Below the pieces are notes generated by a model. It did not search any database, had not been told where the DNA came from, and saw only the letters and a program-made list of their open reading frames with translations. A program made the translations under genes and the position numbers. DNA of 61,357 nt, counting the filler, from Globobulimina sp. (lineage: Eukaryota), in the NCBI GenBank assembly GCA_003354225.1. It is 18 parts of 18 records of this genome, joined end to end, with 100 filler letters (N's around TTAATTAATTAA, not from the genome) between each part and the next. Parts side by side here need not be neighbours in the genome. Positions count along the whole stretch, not along the records: positions 10,251 to 13,566 come from PIVH01003111.1; positions 13,667 to 16,982 come from PIVH01003112.1; positions 17,083 to 20,398 come from PIVH01003113.1; positions 20,499 to 23,813 come from PIVH01003114.1; 14 more parts are not named here. One strand, given 5' to 3'. Each line of letters opens with the position of its first letter. Within the stretch, counting starts at the first letter, position 1. This document shows, in pieces, positions 10,828 to 22,525 of this stretch.

Positions 10828-11976
10828 ATGGGTTGTCCTGTTTCAAAGAATGGCAGTAAATATAAGCAAGTGGCTGATGATACATGCAACGGCAATATAA
10901 GCATCAACTTGCATAAAACAAAGACAAATAAACTAGAAAAGCATCACTCGCTATCATCAGGAACAATATGTACAATATCAACACAAAGTATCCGAAAAAT
11001 ATTTTGTTATTTTATACGCGGTTCAGATTTACAAAAAAGATATTTTACAAACATCCAATTTAGTTACAAAGTGATAGAACTGATCACTTATTACATTGAC
11101 GATTTTTTCAAATTTCATTCATATTTCAAATACTCTCAAATATTATTATCCAACAACGATAAAACAGCAACGATATTAACCACATTGCTCGATCACAAGG
11201 ACAATTATTCAAAGTTTGGAGACAGATTAATATTATTTGGTTTACCCATATTTCCACGTAAAGATTTTATATATTGTTTGCACTTAAAAATAGATAAATG
11301 CTCCACTCAAACCATTGCAATCTCTTTTATTTCAGATTACACATATTTTAAACTAAATTATTTGCAACAAAACAATTGCACTGTCGATAAGATGCACGAT
11401 ATTTTAGATTCAGAAATATTGGGAAATTTACCCATAAAATATGGCTCATACACAATATGGTGCAATGGGAAGGAGACCAAGACATGGAATCATTGCAAGA
11501 AAAAATCTAAATGGAGCTATAATAAAATAAAAAATTATTTGGAAGATTACATAAATTTTGATTTTGCAGACGACGATAACAACGCAATGTATTTTACGGA
11601 TGGGGGAAATAAGAAAATCGGATTTAAGATGTTTGACACAGTGAAGATAACTATTAACGGATTCAAAAACGTTCTTATTATCGAGAATGGTGACGCAACA
11701 TTGACATTAAACATACCAAACTGTTACAAATCATGTGTTTCGGAGGAGGGCCATTATGATAAAGTTGATAATTTAAACCATGAACAATATTATTATAAGA
11801 ACAGTAAAGATAAGGATTGTTTTATTTATCCATTGAACAAAGATAAGATGGCTGATAACGTGCTGGATGGCGATGAACATAATCCACAATTTCAGATTGC
11901 GTTTGTGTTGTATGATGGTGACACCTCACACGGACAAATATCGATTGTGGACCAATCGTGGAGCTATTTAACATGA
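10828..11976 (+). CDS. Hypothetical protein with N-acylation motif and possible SPRY-like beta domain
   Basis: 382-aa intronless ORF starting MGCPVSK (myristoylation/palmitoylation-type). SNNDKTAT and GFKMFDTVKITI resemble SPRY-like segments only weakly. Confidence 0.55.
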   Translation: MGCPVSKNGSKYKQVADDTCNGNISINLHKTKTNKLEKHHSLSSGTICTISTQSIRKIFCYFIRGSDLQKRYFTNIQFSYKVIELITYYIDDFFKFHSYFKYSQILLSNNDKTATILTTLLDHKDNYSKFGDRLILFGLPIFPRKDFIYCLHLKIDKCSTQTIAISFISDYTYFKLNYLQQNNCTVDKMHDILDSEILGNLPIKYGSYTIWCNGKETKTWNHCKKKSKWSYNKIKNYLEDYINFDFADDDNNAMYFTDGGNKKIGFKMFDTVKITINGFKNVLIIENGDATLTLNIPNCYKSCVSEEGHYDKVDNLNHEQYYYKNSKDKDCFIYPLNKDKMADNVLDGDEHNPQFQIAFVLYDGDTSHGQISIVDQSWSYLT

Positions 11977-12047
11977 CTTTTGGCATCACATCACATAAAA
12001 TAAAACATGAAAACTTTCATTTTCAAAAACTATTCTAAAGATCAAAC

Positions 12048-13566
12048 ATGTCGGCGTCCCATATGGTTGACATCGGTAAATTTAGTTTTGACATATGGTT
12101 GAAAAAAAATGATTTACTGCAATATAAGGATTTATTTGTCTCGCACTCCATGACAACAATTGACAAACTATCCACCTCTTCCACAAACTACAGGTTTATA
12201 GATATAAACAAGATTTATATTGAAGTACAATGCTATTTTTTGTATCTACCTACATAGTGAATTATTATCCGACGCCAAAATCGAGTCAAACCCATTACTA
12301 ATCTCCAAAATCGCATTGACTGTAAACAACCTACAAACCGCATATCAAACCGTCAAAGCAGACGTGATCCAAAAAATGGAAACTAAGCTCTCCGAATTGC
12401 AAAAATACGAAAAAAACGACAATGATTTCCTATTATTCAACTACAAATTGTACGAAATCGAGAAAACCAAAGACGAGAAGCAATTGAATGAAATCCGCTT
12501 AAAAATCCAGAACTTATTCTTGTCCCTCTTCAAGATGCTCAAACAAAAGGAACAGAGCATCCTCAAGAAATTCAAAACCATCCAGAACGACATCCTGGTG
12601 CAATACAACAAAATCATCGAAAAGATGAAGAAAAACGACGACGAAATCACGCTCCAAAAGGACTATCTCAACGTTCACATAAATCACTACAAACACAACA
12701 TAGAGCACCGCGACGACAGCAACAAGAATCATAATATCAACTCCATCTTCGCCATTCGCGACATCATCCACAAAATCGGCAAAAACATCCGCAAAAACGA
12801 TGCCAAGACCAGGAAATTGGTGGGCGAGAAACAGCAACTTCTCAACGACATCAATTTCCACATCGACGCCGATATACAGCAATACATCACCGACAACACG
12901 CCGCATTTAATCAATTTCGAAGTGCAGACTAAAAATGCCAGCCCAAAGCGCAGGAAATCCAACACAAACTATATCATCTCGCCCACTTCGAAAAGCTCCA
13001 ACAAGTACAGCCGCAATCGCAGCCACAGCAACACCTCGCAATCGCACACTTCCTTAATGGACGCGTCCTCGCTCGATCTGATCAATATGTCGCCGGAGAA
13101 GATCCGCGCAATGGATTGGATCTACAATCTGGAGGACGATAACTGTAATTGCATCAATGTCGAATTGAAAAAGGAAGTGTCGCAACGGGAGCTGTCTGGC
13201 ATTAACATATTGTATCAGTACCATACCAATGAGGAGGACGAGAAGGACAACATAGCGATAAAGCCGACCATCAATGACGGGATTCACGGCGAATTGGATG
13301 TGGATGACGGCAATTACGATGCGCCCAACACGCCGGTACCCATCGCATTGCATAAGAACAAGTCGGACGTGGAGGAGGACGACAATTCGAGTAAGCTGAG
13401 CCAATGGGTCAAGTGCAAGAATATGTGCCTTAAGCAACAGGACGGGAAGAGGAGTAAGCGCTTGTTTGTCAAGATCATAATGCCAAATAAGCACAGGAAT
13501 ATTGACTGTGTGTGGGTCGAATTCGTCGACGACACTGAGAGCGGTTATGGCAAGACAGTGAGTGAG
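12048..13566 (+). CDS. SAM-like N-terminus plus coiled-coil protein (intron 12194-12257, 3' cut)
   Basis: FDIWLKKNDLLQYKDLFVSHSMTTIDKL is SAM-like. An in-frame GT-AG intron links it to a long coiled-coil exon. Confidence 0.6.
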
Positions 13567-13928
13567 NNNNNNNNNNNNNNNNNNNNNNNNNNNNNNNNNN
13601 NNNNNNNNNNTTAATTAATTAANNNNNNNNNNNNNNNNNNNNNNNNNNNNNNNNNNNNNNNNNNNNTGAAGAGACGGAGACTGGCGGTGACAATGCTGGT
13701 AACTACCAAAATATTGATAAATAAACGACTCTAGGAGTATTATATTATAAAGGATGTTAACTCTCCCTTCACTGTTTAAAAGACATAAATAATTAATTAT
13801 AATACAATAATTATTTACATGCGCTAATCGACTCGCCCGTAGTTTGTCCTTTGTCAAAGGTTGTAGCGCATCTCTCAAGAATACTTGCATCTTTTCACAT
13901 GTCAGTCGTTGTCATTTCTGCATTTTAA

Positions 13929-15770
13929 ATGTTCTTTTTTTCGTGGGAATATTTCTTTACAATATGTATTATTTTAATTACCATGATTATATCAATTGAA
14001 TACAGCAGAAAAACAAAACGTGTGATTGTTGTCAAACATGATAGAAACATTACAACGAAGGTATTTATCAACATTCAATATAATAAAAGTAATACTGACT
14101 CAGTAACCCAACACATAGATTGTATCAGATACGGAATCATGCATTGAGGCAATAAATGAATTAAGGAAAGTAACTCCGTTGATACTGGGATTAGATTGTG
14201 AATGGGTTATAAAGCATAAAGTATCATTGTATGTTGCTTTAATTAAGTTTATATAATGTAACTTATGCATACATATAATAGATTACAACTTGGCAATCCA
14301 AAGCTAATTATTTTGATTAGAATGCATAAATTACAAACTATTCCAATTGAACTAATCGGTCTAATGAATGACAATAAAGTGATAAAAACTGGAGTAGGAA
14401 TTTATAACGACACAAAAAAATTGTTAAACGATTATAATATCCACACCAATGGAGTTATTGATATAAATGATATTTTACCATTAATCACCAATTTTGATCA
14501 ATTATTAAACAGATATTATGCTGACACACAAAATACATATACATGTCAACAAACATTTGGATTGGATCGTTTGAGTAAAATTCTGCTCGGACAGTCAATG
14601 AAATATAAAGACAAACAAATAACAATATCCAACTGGGAAATAAATTCGTTAACCAAAGCACAAATATCATATGCTGCAGACGATGCAATTATAGGTTGGG
14701 ATTTATTTAACAAATGTATGCAATTAGAAAATATCAAGCATGATATCGAAGAATATCTTAGCTTTTGTTTTGGCAGAATTGATGTTACACATTCACGGAA
14801 ATGCAAACCCAAACAAGTGAATAAAATAAACACCCAAACCTCTGAAAAACATTTGAAAAAAAAAGAAAGAAAAGCGAATCATGAACAGAAACATAAAACA
14901 CATTTTTTTGACAACTGTAAATTATTAAAACCGGATGGTAGTTTATTATTTTATTGCAGTATAAAATCAAAAGAATGGTATTTAAGAAAAGGATTGGCAC
15001 AAATGGTGGATGATAATACTGTTAAATTACTGTTTGAACCAAACATAAGAAATGAAGAAAGTTTGGATCATTATAAAACAACACGTATTAATCAATGCTT
15101 TGTCTGTGGTCGTATGGGTGCTTTATGTCAATATGATGTCGTCCCCAAACAGTATAGGATTTGCATGGATGATAGGTTTAGGAGTAAAGGGTGGAGGTTG
15201 CACGACTACATTCCTCTTTGTACAGTGTGTCATCCACAGGCATTAAGGATTGAGTCGGTTTTAATTGAGGAATTGTGTGAGAAATATGGTGATCGCGTAC
15301 CGTATTATAAAATAAGAAAAGGTGACACAAAACATAAGTTATTATGTAATGCACAAAGAGCTGCTAAAGCATTACAAAAAAAAGATACTGATATTCCAAT
15401 TAAACGAAAAATAGAATTGTTACAGGTATTATGTGAGCATTTTCAAATAAAATATAACGTTATTTATGAAGAGGATGAGGAGGAAAAAAATAAAGTGGAG
15501 TATAGTTTTGATGAATTGATTATAATTACGGATGAAAGTTTGCCCACAACGGAGATAATTAATAAGTGCATAGAAAACGTACAATTGAAAGTTGCAGCTA
15601 AATCAAATAAATCACAATGGCAATTGCATGCAAAAGCAATGTTGCGTATTTATGCAGATAATCAACCGGAATTTATTGAAATGTGGAGAAAACATTTTAA
15701 AGACAATATGAAACCGCGTCATTTGCCAGATACGTGGAGTGTGTCTACATTGAGTATGTTAAATGACTAA
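13929..15770 (+). CDS. EXD2: EXD2-like 3'-5' exonuclease (introns 14061-14118, 14229-14281)
   Basis: N-terminal TM helix. Spliced ILGLDCEW..VSLLQL (ExoI), KTGVGIYND and SNWE..LTKAQISYAADDA (ExoIII). C-terminal HNH-like region with NCKLLKPDG..WYLRKGLA, CFVCG, LCTVCH and WRKHFKDNMKPRHLPDTWSV. Confidence 0.9.
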
Positions 15771-15877
15771 TGTCTAATGTCTAATGTCTGAAATATTAAA
15801 AAGTAATCTGCATTGTTTACAAATTAGCACTTGAGTACAAGCACAGGTCGATAATTTATAAATTATAAACTGTTTCA

Positions 15878-16803
15878 TTACAATTCTAATTCTATCAAGC
15901 CTTCCTTTTGACCTCTGTTACGAGGACAACACAATGCAACCAAACAATCCTTTGTATATCCACATCCATGATAGACCAACAATGGACATCTGCCCCAAAA
16001 TGTAGAATGAGGGCAATTATCAATGCAATCATCTGCTTCATAGTTACGATTGAGAAATGAAGACACAGCCCATCCAAATACAAAGTATATAAATAACAAT
16101 ACAAATAAAAGGAGCAAAGACAGTGTGCCCAAAGAAACCGTTACGTCATTTGGGACTGACGTTGTATAAATCTCATTAGGACATGCCCATTTTGTAATTA
16201 TTTTGTACTCGTAGATACATCTATTAATCTCAGCTATATTTTGAATTTGAATAAAAGTGTTGCTATCTTTATACGCAAATTCGCAGAGATATATAGTTAA
16301 ATACCTGCTGCTAAAACATAATAATCGCCAGCAGTTTTATTACATATATAATACACAGTTAACTCGCGTGGGAATTGCCCGTGTTGATTGTTACCTTTAT
16401 TTTTATTGATTGATGTTTATATTGTTACAAAGTGATAAGTTATAATTACATAACAATCATTTCCATTTTTATATTGAAACATCCATGTTAGTGCAGCTTG
16501 GTTGAATGCTGGTTGGATGTTGCCACCGCCCCATGTCGCAACTACAGCACACAATTCTTCATTAGTTGGCTCTGTTTGGATGCACATTCCAGTATAAGTT
16601 GATCCTTCGCTTCTACATTCAGCTGCGTTTCGACACGGTGTTAACTGATACTGATATTGTGAATCAAATCCAGCTATTCTTGTATGAGCTAATGCTCTCA
16701 AATCCAATAGATTTCCTGATAAATGGACGTCTGAAAATACGCAATTAGATTGAGTCTGACATGAATTGACAATTAACGTTACTATAAGAACGAAAGACGA
16801 CAT
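15878..16803 (-). CDS. ATG27 / cation-dependent mannose-6-phosphate receptor-like membrane protein (introns 16395-16454, 16234-16304)
   Basis: Signal peptide. MRH-type motifs LDLRAL, YQYQLTPC, YKNGNDC..RELTVYYIC and EINRCIYEYKIITKWACP. TM helix followed by PHSTFWGRCPLLVYHGC. Confidence 0.8.
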
Positions 16804-17082
16804 TTTCCTTTTTAAATTGAGAATGTCCAACTAAGTGTTTTTCGAGACCGTTACATTTCATGTCTCCAATGTCTCCACTTTCTTTTAGATTTGGCGATCC
16901 TAAATATGATTTTTACGAGAGAATTTCGTCTAAAAGTATCTACGACGAAACAGAAATCATATTTGGGACAATCTAAAATCGANNNNNNNNNNNNNNNNNN
17001 NNNNNNNNNNNNNNNNNNNNNNNNNNTTAATTAATTAANNNNNNNNNNNNNNNNNNNNNNNNNNNNNNNNNNNNNNNNNNNN

Positions 17083-17395
17083 TGGCATATCTCCTCGACC
17101 AAGTTGAGTTTGGGCTTCCTACTTGCACCGTTGTTTGGTCATAATAGGCACTGATTCGTATGGCTGATACTTCGGCTTCAGTTAATAATGATCTTCGTTC
17201 GGTGTCTGTTGCTTTATTTGCTTCGTATTTTTGCTTTTGTCGGTTTTGTACATGTACATCATAAGGATGTAGCGAATATGGTACATATTGTTGTAATAAA
17301 TTCTTTCCTTTGATGACTGTATTAGGAGTCGAGCTGTATGAAAGATCTGTGAACAATGTGTAAATGATACAAATTGGCAACATCCATAGAGACAT
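17083..17395 (-). CDS. Secreted protein N-terminus, possibly leishmanolysin/GP63-like (3' cut)
   Basis: Signal-like MSLWMLPICIIYTLF followed by RRSLL..AIRISAYYD. No HExxH is visible in the fragment. Confidence 0.3.
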
Positions 17396-17520
17396 TATGT
17401 TGAGATATGAGATGTTTTGGGACTTGCAAAGTGATGTTAAATCCAACAACAACAACAACAACAAAATAAAAAGACCACACGGTGTAAAAAATAGGGATTT
17501 ATTTGTATGTATATATAGTA

Positions 17521-19761
17521 CTAGTATGTATTATGTATGAATGAAAAATTAAATCGTTCGAAATCCTTACGATAAATTTTTTGAATCAATTGTTGTGTTT
17601 TGTTATAAATGTTTTCCGGTACAGCAATACCCGAACATTTTTGCTTATATTTCTTGTGGTGTTTTTGCAATGAATCTGTTGTATTAATTCCATATATTTT
17701 CAGTAAATCGTCGAATGTATCATAGAAATCCGGTTTATCGACATACAATATATGATTACATAATATTTCCTTTGATTTTGCCTTTTTTGTGTTCCCAGTA
17801 CCATCATATAATGGATTTATTACATATTGATACTGTGGAATAAAATGGCAATCCCGAATAGAATTCATCTTCAAATAGTTATGTAACGACGCAATAATCC
17901 ATTTATTTAATGTATCAATATTGCACCAATAATTGTCATTATCTTTAAATTCATCATCCGAAATATTATAAAATGTTTTCATTAAACCAATTTCTTCCCT
18001 CCTATAATGATTCTGTGCCAATCTATATCGATACTGCGATAATAATTTATTAAATGGATGCCGTACTATACAAAATGCATTATTCTCATTCAAATTATAT
18101 TCATCATACATATATATTGGCGGGAAATGAAAAGTATGACAACAAACTCTATTCGCCGCTTTTTTATGAAACATATCTTTTTTGCACAAAAATTCTTTAC
18201 TGCCAAAATTTTCTCCCCATAATATTTTATTTTTTAATCCAAACTGTTCAACACTGGAACCCGCATTCTTTGGTATATGAATAAATATTAATTTTACTTG
18301 ATTCTGTGCATCATTTTCATCCAATGGCCAACCAAAATCATTGTATAATATTTCATTCAAATCATTTAAATTATTTTTAATCGTCGGTTCAATAAAACCA
18401 TTTCCAATTTCATAACTAAATAAATTCTCATTGTCTGCATTATAAAATCGCAAAAAAAATCTATATATGAATCTTAATTCGGCGATATATAAATTACCGC
18501 TAATATCGAGCGACAGCACATCATTTAAACAAAATGTATGTGGTTTGACTGTAGTTACAGATCTCGTAAATTTTCGTAAATCTATAACAGAAAACTTAGA
18601 ATTTCCTGTTAGCCAACGATGTAATTTTGAGGTCTGTGGATACGGATTTTTATACAGTTCAATCTCGAAATCTTTATTTTTATATAATACTTTATATAAA
18701 TGTTTATGATGTAATTCAATCTCATCGCTAAATGTCTGATTAGTGATCATTTTGCGATATAATATGCGATATGTCATCATTGTAACATATATAAGCTCTT
18801 CCAAACAAACCTTCGTAAAGCCAGATGAACAGAATCTTTCTTTATGAGATTCAACAAATAAAAACCACTCAGGATAATACCATTCAAATTGATACCACGA
18901 CGTTCGTGTGTAAGGACGTGGCAAATGTTCAGCAAAATTCCCTGTTATCCTATATGGAACATTGAATGTAATATTTAAACGTTTCTGATGCTTGATAGGT
19001 ATTATCGGATGAGATAATATCGGGTTTTTAGCATAATTATTATAATAATTGTTCCACCAAATTTTGGCTGCTGGAAATCGTGGAATTCCATTGGGATTAA
19101 AAAAAAATAAATATGAGGTGGGTGATCCTAAAAAAAAATCGTCGTTAAAATATATGAACTGATTGGATAGGCCGTGAATGTGATGTAATGTCGTTTCGAT
19201 GGAATCTGAATTGCGATTATTTATTGAATTATTAATGTTTCTATAAATCTGCGAATGTCGTACAATTTCTATTGGTATGTTACTAATATTATTATTAATA
19301 TTTCGTTGTTTAATTAATCGCTCCGATTTAAACCATGAGGGAAACAGCGAACTATCTGACATTACAATATATATTTTATTGATCCATGGAGCATACATAA
19401 ATATGGATCGTATGGAATATCTTAATTCTCCGTTATATCGATTTCGTTGTCCATTTTGGGATTGCTCGCCAGCAAAAGTATAAACGATATCTATTGGGAA
19501 TGGAGGTGACACTGAAATATCAGATAATTGTTTTCTGGAAACTTCCACAATGATGTGTTCATGTTCATGTTCATTATCATCCCATTTCTTTATAATATCC
19601 ACATTGTGGGAGTGAGTCTTACGCATATTTAATAGCTTTGGAATTTCCAATATCTCTACGACAGTGTTTATACTGCTGTTGTAAACACCAATAATGCTTA
19701 ATAAACCCCATATGGATACAATAATAATTAAAATAAGTAACTTTAACTTTGTTTTTTGCAT
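17521..19761 (-). CDS. Type II membrane Stealth-family phosphotransferase fused to a Golgi-type sulfotransferase
   Basis: N-terminal anchor. Stealth CR1 PIDIVYTF, CR2 GELRYSIRSI..APWINKIYIV..NSDSIE..GLSNQFIYFNDDFFL and CR4 FCLND. Then FIHIPKNAGSSV (5'-PSB), CIVRHPFNKLLSQY (3'-PB), HFIPQY and IYRKDFERFNF. Confidence 0.85.
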   Translation of the reverse strand: MQKTKLKLLILIIIVSIWGLLSIIGVYNSSINTVVEILEIPKLLNMRKTHSHNVDIIKKWDDNEHEHEHIIVEVSRKQLSDISVSPPFPIDIVYTFAGEQSQNGQRNRYNGELRYSIRSIFMYAPWINKIYIVMSDSSLFPSWFKSERLIKQRNINNNISNIPIEIVRHSQIYRNINNSINNRNSDSIETTLHHIHGLSNQFIYFNDDFFLGSPTSYLFFFNPNGIPRFPAAKIWWNNYYNNYAKNPILSHPIIPIKHQKRLNITFNVPYRITGNFAEHLPRPYTRTSWYQFEWYYPEWFLFVESHKERFCSSGFTKVCLEELIYVTMMTYRILYRKMITNQTFSDEIELHHKHLYKVLYKNKDFEIELYKNPYPQTSKLHRWLTGNSKFSVIDLRKFTRSVTTVKPHTFCLNDVLSLDISGNLYIAELRFIYRFFLRFYNADNENLFSYEIGNGFIEPTIKNNLNDLNEILYNDFGWPLDENDAQNQVKLIFIHIPKNAGSSVEQFGLKNKILWGENFGSKEFLCKKDMFHKKAANRVCCHTFHFPPIYMYDEYNLNENNAFCIVRHPFNKLLSQYRYRLAQNHYRREEIGLMKTFYNISDDEFKDNDNYWCNIDTLNKWIIASLHNYLKMNSIRDCHFIPQYQYVINPLYDGTGNTKKAKSKEILCNHILYVDKPDFYDTFDDLLKIYGINTTDSLQKHHKKYKQKCSGIAVPENIYNKTQQLIQKIYRKDFERFNFSFIHNTY

Positions 19762-19978
19762 AGTAAAATTAAAGATGTGTTTCTAGCAAAGTAGGTTTTC
19801 TAGAACAAAAATAGAAAAAACTTTTCAAAGTGAATAGTAGTGGTACAAAATTCAATCGAGTTGTAAGTCCGATTCCAGGCTCACGGATTGCTGGAACATC
19901 CCCGCGAGATTATAAAGGGATCCTTCACAGGATCCTGGCGGTAAGGTGTAGTGTTTATACTTTGCAAATTGCCCCAAA

Positions 19979-20290
19979 TTAAGGGATGGTATTATGATGT
20001 GCCATTCTGTCCGCGATCAGGTTATAAACTTGTTGCTTTGGTTTGGTTTGGGATTTCACTTTCCATAGTATCAGACCAGCATCAATTATGTGTTTCTTTG
20101 TTTGTTTAAATAGATGGGCATATGTCAATTTGTTAATGTTATGTGTGGTGGTGATTAGAGAGATAAAGTTTGTCATTGAATCTGTAAATAATATTATGCG
20201 TCTGTTTTTACAATTTATCTTGCAAAACTTTAGGAAAAACTTACTTTTACCGATTGCCAGCAGCTCCATAGTGGTTAGTTTGAGAGCCAA
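19979..20290 (-). pseudogene. Retroelement-type RNase H relic
   Basis: MELLAI..IILFTDS..LWKVKSQ..YNLIADRMA supplies the E, D and D of the RNase HI DEDD set. The first Asp region is not recoverable. Confidence 0.6.
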
Positions 20291-20498
20291 TAGGGGTCTC
20301 CGATATTTACTGAATTTTAAAAAACTCTGTCAAACACCTCTTTACTTTTGCCAAAGGTCGTAAACCCCTTTGCAAGCATGTCCAAGAGAGCAGCAAAANN
20401 NNNNNNNNNNNNNNNNNNNNNNNNNNNNNNNNNNNNNNNNNNTTAATTAATTAANNNNNNNNNNNNNNNNNNNNNNNNNNNNNNNNNNNNNNNNNNNN

Positions 20499-22397
20499 TC
20501 AAATCTGATATTACCAATATCTTTCTTGCGACCACAATCAGCAAAACAAAGCAATACTTTTCAAGAAACACAAAAAACAGAAAGACCATTAAGTGCGCCC
20601 AATAAACAACAAACCGCTGTTGATACATCCAAATTGCATCGCGATTCACCGACCAATCACTCTGAGATACAAAGGGAAATCAGAGAAAAAATTAAGAATT
20701 TATTTTCCGATCAAGAAGAAGAAATTGACGATGAATTCGATGATGAGTCAGATGTTGAGGACGGCAAACAAACACAAATGGAACTCACAAGCAAATTGTT
20801 AAGAGAAAAAGTGGAGAGATTGAAAAAGGAAAGGATTGAACTGGAAATTTCATGGAATGCAACTAAATATACATTTGGTTCAAGCAAATTGGTTGAAAAC
20901 GAATTGAATGCGTTAACGAATCAAAACGAAAGTGATTCTGAATACGACGATGATGATTCCACTCATTCAATTATGTCTTTTTGTGATGCTAATATAGACT
21001 CAGTGGATAGCGATGAGAAAGATGCTCAACTCAAGACATTGTCGACTTTGCATAGCAAAAAAAACCTAAATGTGCGTCACTTGAAAACAGCGTCAAATCT
21101 AGCTTACATTGAAGAAGTTTATAATAAACGCTGCAATGATAACAGTGATGCAACGAAATTACGCCCACAATCCGCTCCTATAAATCCGGATAATAAAATT
21201 TGTAAAAATGATAGAAAATATAAGATTACTATTCCAAAACCATTTGAATTTGATGAAAGAGATAGGAAACACAATAAAAATGAAAATATATCAATCAGTA
21301 AACGCAAATTTAAAGAGTACATTGATGAGTTGAGAAAAGAAGAGGAATATCATTTGAACTTTGAATTTAAAGCAAATCCAATTCCGTTATATGCACTCAC
21401 ACAAAAATTAAACGGTAAAAAATACAAAAAAAATAAAAAAAGTAAGAAACGCAAAGTGAAAAAACCATTCAAAGCAACCGACGTTCCATGGTTTGTTAAA
21501 GAAAAGCTATACAACGCAATGCAAAAAGAGCAAAATACGAAAAGAAAAGAAAGAATAAAATATAGAGCCAATAAATTATTATCGTCCTCATCATTGCCAC
21601 CAAGAATGCAATTTTATGAAAATAAAAATAATATAAAACTAAAAAAAGAAAAAATCAAACAAATCAAAAAAGAGCACTATAAACAATATACATTTCATCC
21701 GAAAATAAATCACAATGTGCCAGATTTCAAAAAGGAACATGGAAAATTCCGCAAACAATTGGAAAATCGGAAGAAATCAAAGTTGCCAATAAAGCCGCAA
21801 GGATTCAGTTTTTGTGAAAAAGTGCAGAAAAAGAAAAACAAAAAGAAGAAAAAAGTAAAGAAATGCGATGAACAAATTGAAATTGAAAAGAAATTAAAAG
21901 AAACTCAAAAACGGATAAAATATATGATAGCTAATCCTCCAAAAGTTGTACCAAAAAGCACTGCGAAATTTGACGCCGCCGTCAAATTAAAAAAAGAATT
22001 GAATAGAAAGCAAGCAATGGCAAAGTTTTTATGCGAACAAGATATCAAAAAAAGAAATGAAAAAATGAAAAGAAAATGGAAAGGTGTGTTGAATAAACAC
22101 GTTTTTGACAATACCTCCGAATTAGAAAGGAAACGAAGAGAAAGTCAACAAGAAGCAAAAAACGCGCAAAAGGAGAATGCGCTAAATTGGAAAATAAAAA
22201 AAAAAGAAATGATGCAACGCGTTGCAAACAGACCGTTATTGTTACAAGAATGCAGAATTAAAATGGAACGAGAAAAGGCTAAAAAAAACGCATTGTTGTT
22301 AGTTAAAGGATCTTTGGAAAATGCAGGAATTAAAAATTTGGATGATTTTTTTGATCAGCATGAAATGGAGCAACTGCGAAAAATGAAAGCCTTGTAA
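20499..22397 (+). CDS. FAM161: FAM161 (UPF0564) centriolar/ciliary protein, 5' cut
   Basis: YKITIPKPFEF, FKANPIP, KPFKATDVP, LLSSSSLPPRM, YTFHPKINHNVPDF and RVANRPLLL motifs. Confidence 0.85.
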   Translation, partial: SNLILPISFLRPQSAKQSNTFQETQKTERPLSAPNKQQTAVDTSKLHRDSPTNHSEIQREIREKIKNLFSDQEEEIDDEFDDESDVEDGKQTQMELTSKLLREKVERLKKERIELEISWNATKYTFGSSKLVENELNALTNQNESDSEYDDDDSTHSIMSFCDANIDSVDSDEKDAQLKTLSTLHSKKNLNVRHLKTASNLAYIEEVYNKRCNDNSDATKLRPQSAPINPDNKICKNDRKYKITIPKPFEFDERDRKHNKNENISISKRKFKEYIDELRKEEEYHLNFEFKANPIPLYALTQKLNGKKYKKNKKSKKRKVKKPFKATDVPWFVKEKLYNAMQKEQNTKRKERIKYRANKLLSSSSLPPRMQFYENKNNIKLKKEKIKQIKKEHYKQYTFHPKINHNVPDFKKEHGKFRKQLENRKKSKLPIKPQGFSFCEKVQKKKNKKKKKVKKCDEQIEIEKKLKETQKRIKYMIANPPKVVPKSTAKFDAAVKLKKELNRKQAMAKFLCEQDIKKRNEKMKRKWKGVLNKHVFDNTSELERKRRESQQEAKNAQKENALNWKIKKKEMMQRVANRPLLLQECRIKMEREKAKKNALLLVKGSLENAGIKNLDDFFDQHEMEQLRKMKAL

Positions 22398-22525
22398 ATT
22401 GTAGCAAACTATTTATTGTTTCAATGTTGAGCTTTGGTCTGCCATTGACGAACTTTAGAAAGTTTTTAGATATGCTGAGAATGCACATTTGCACTGTGCT
22501 GTGCTGTAAGATGAACAAAGTCACG

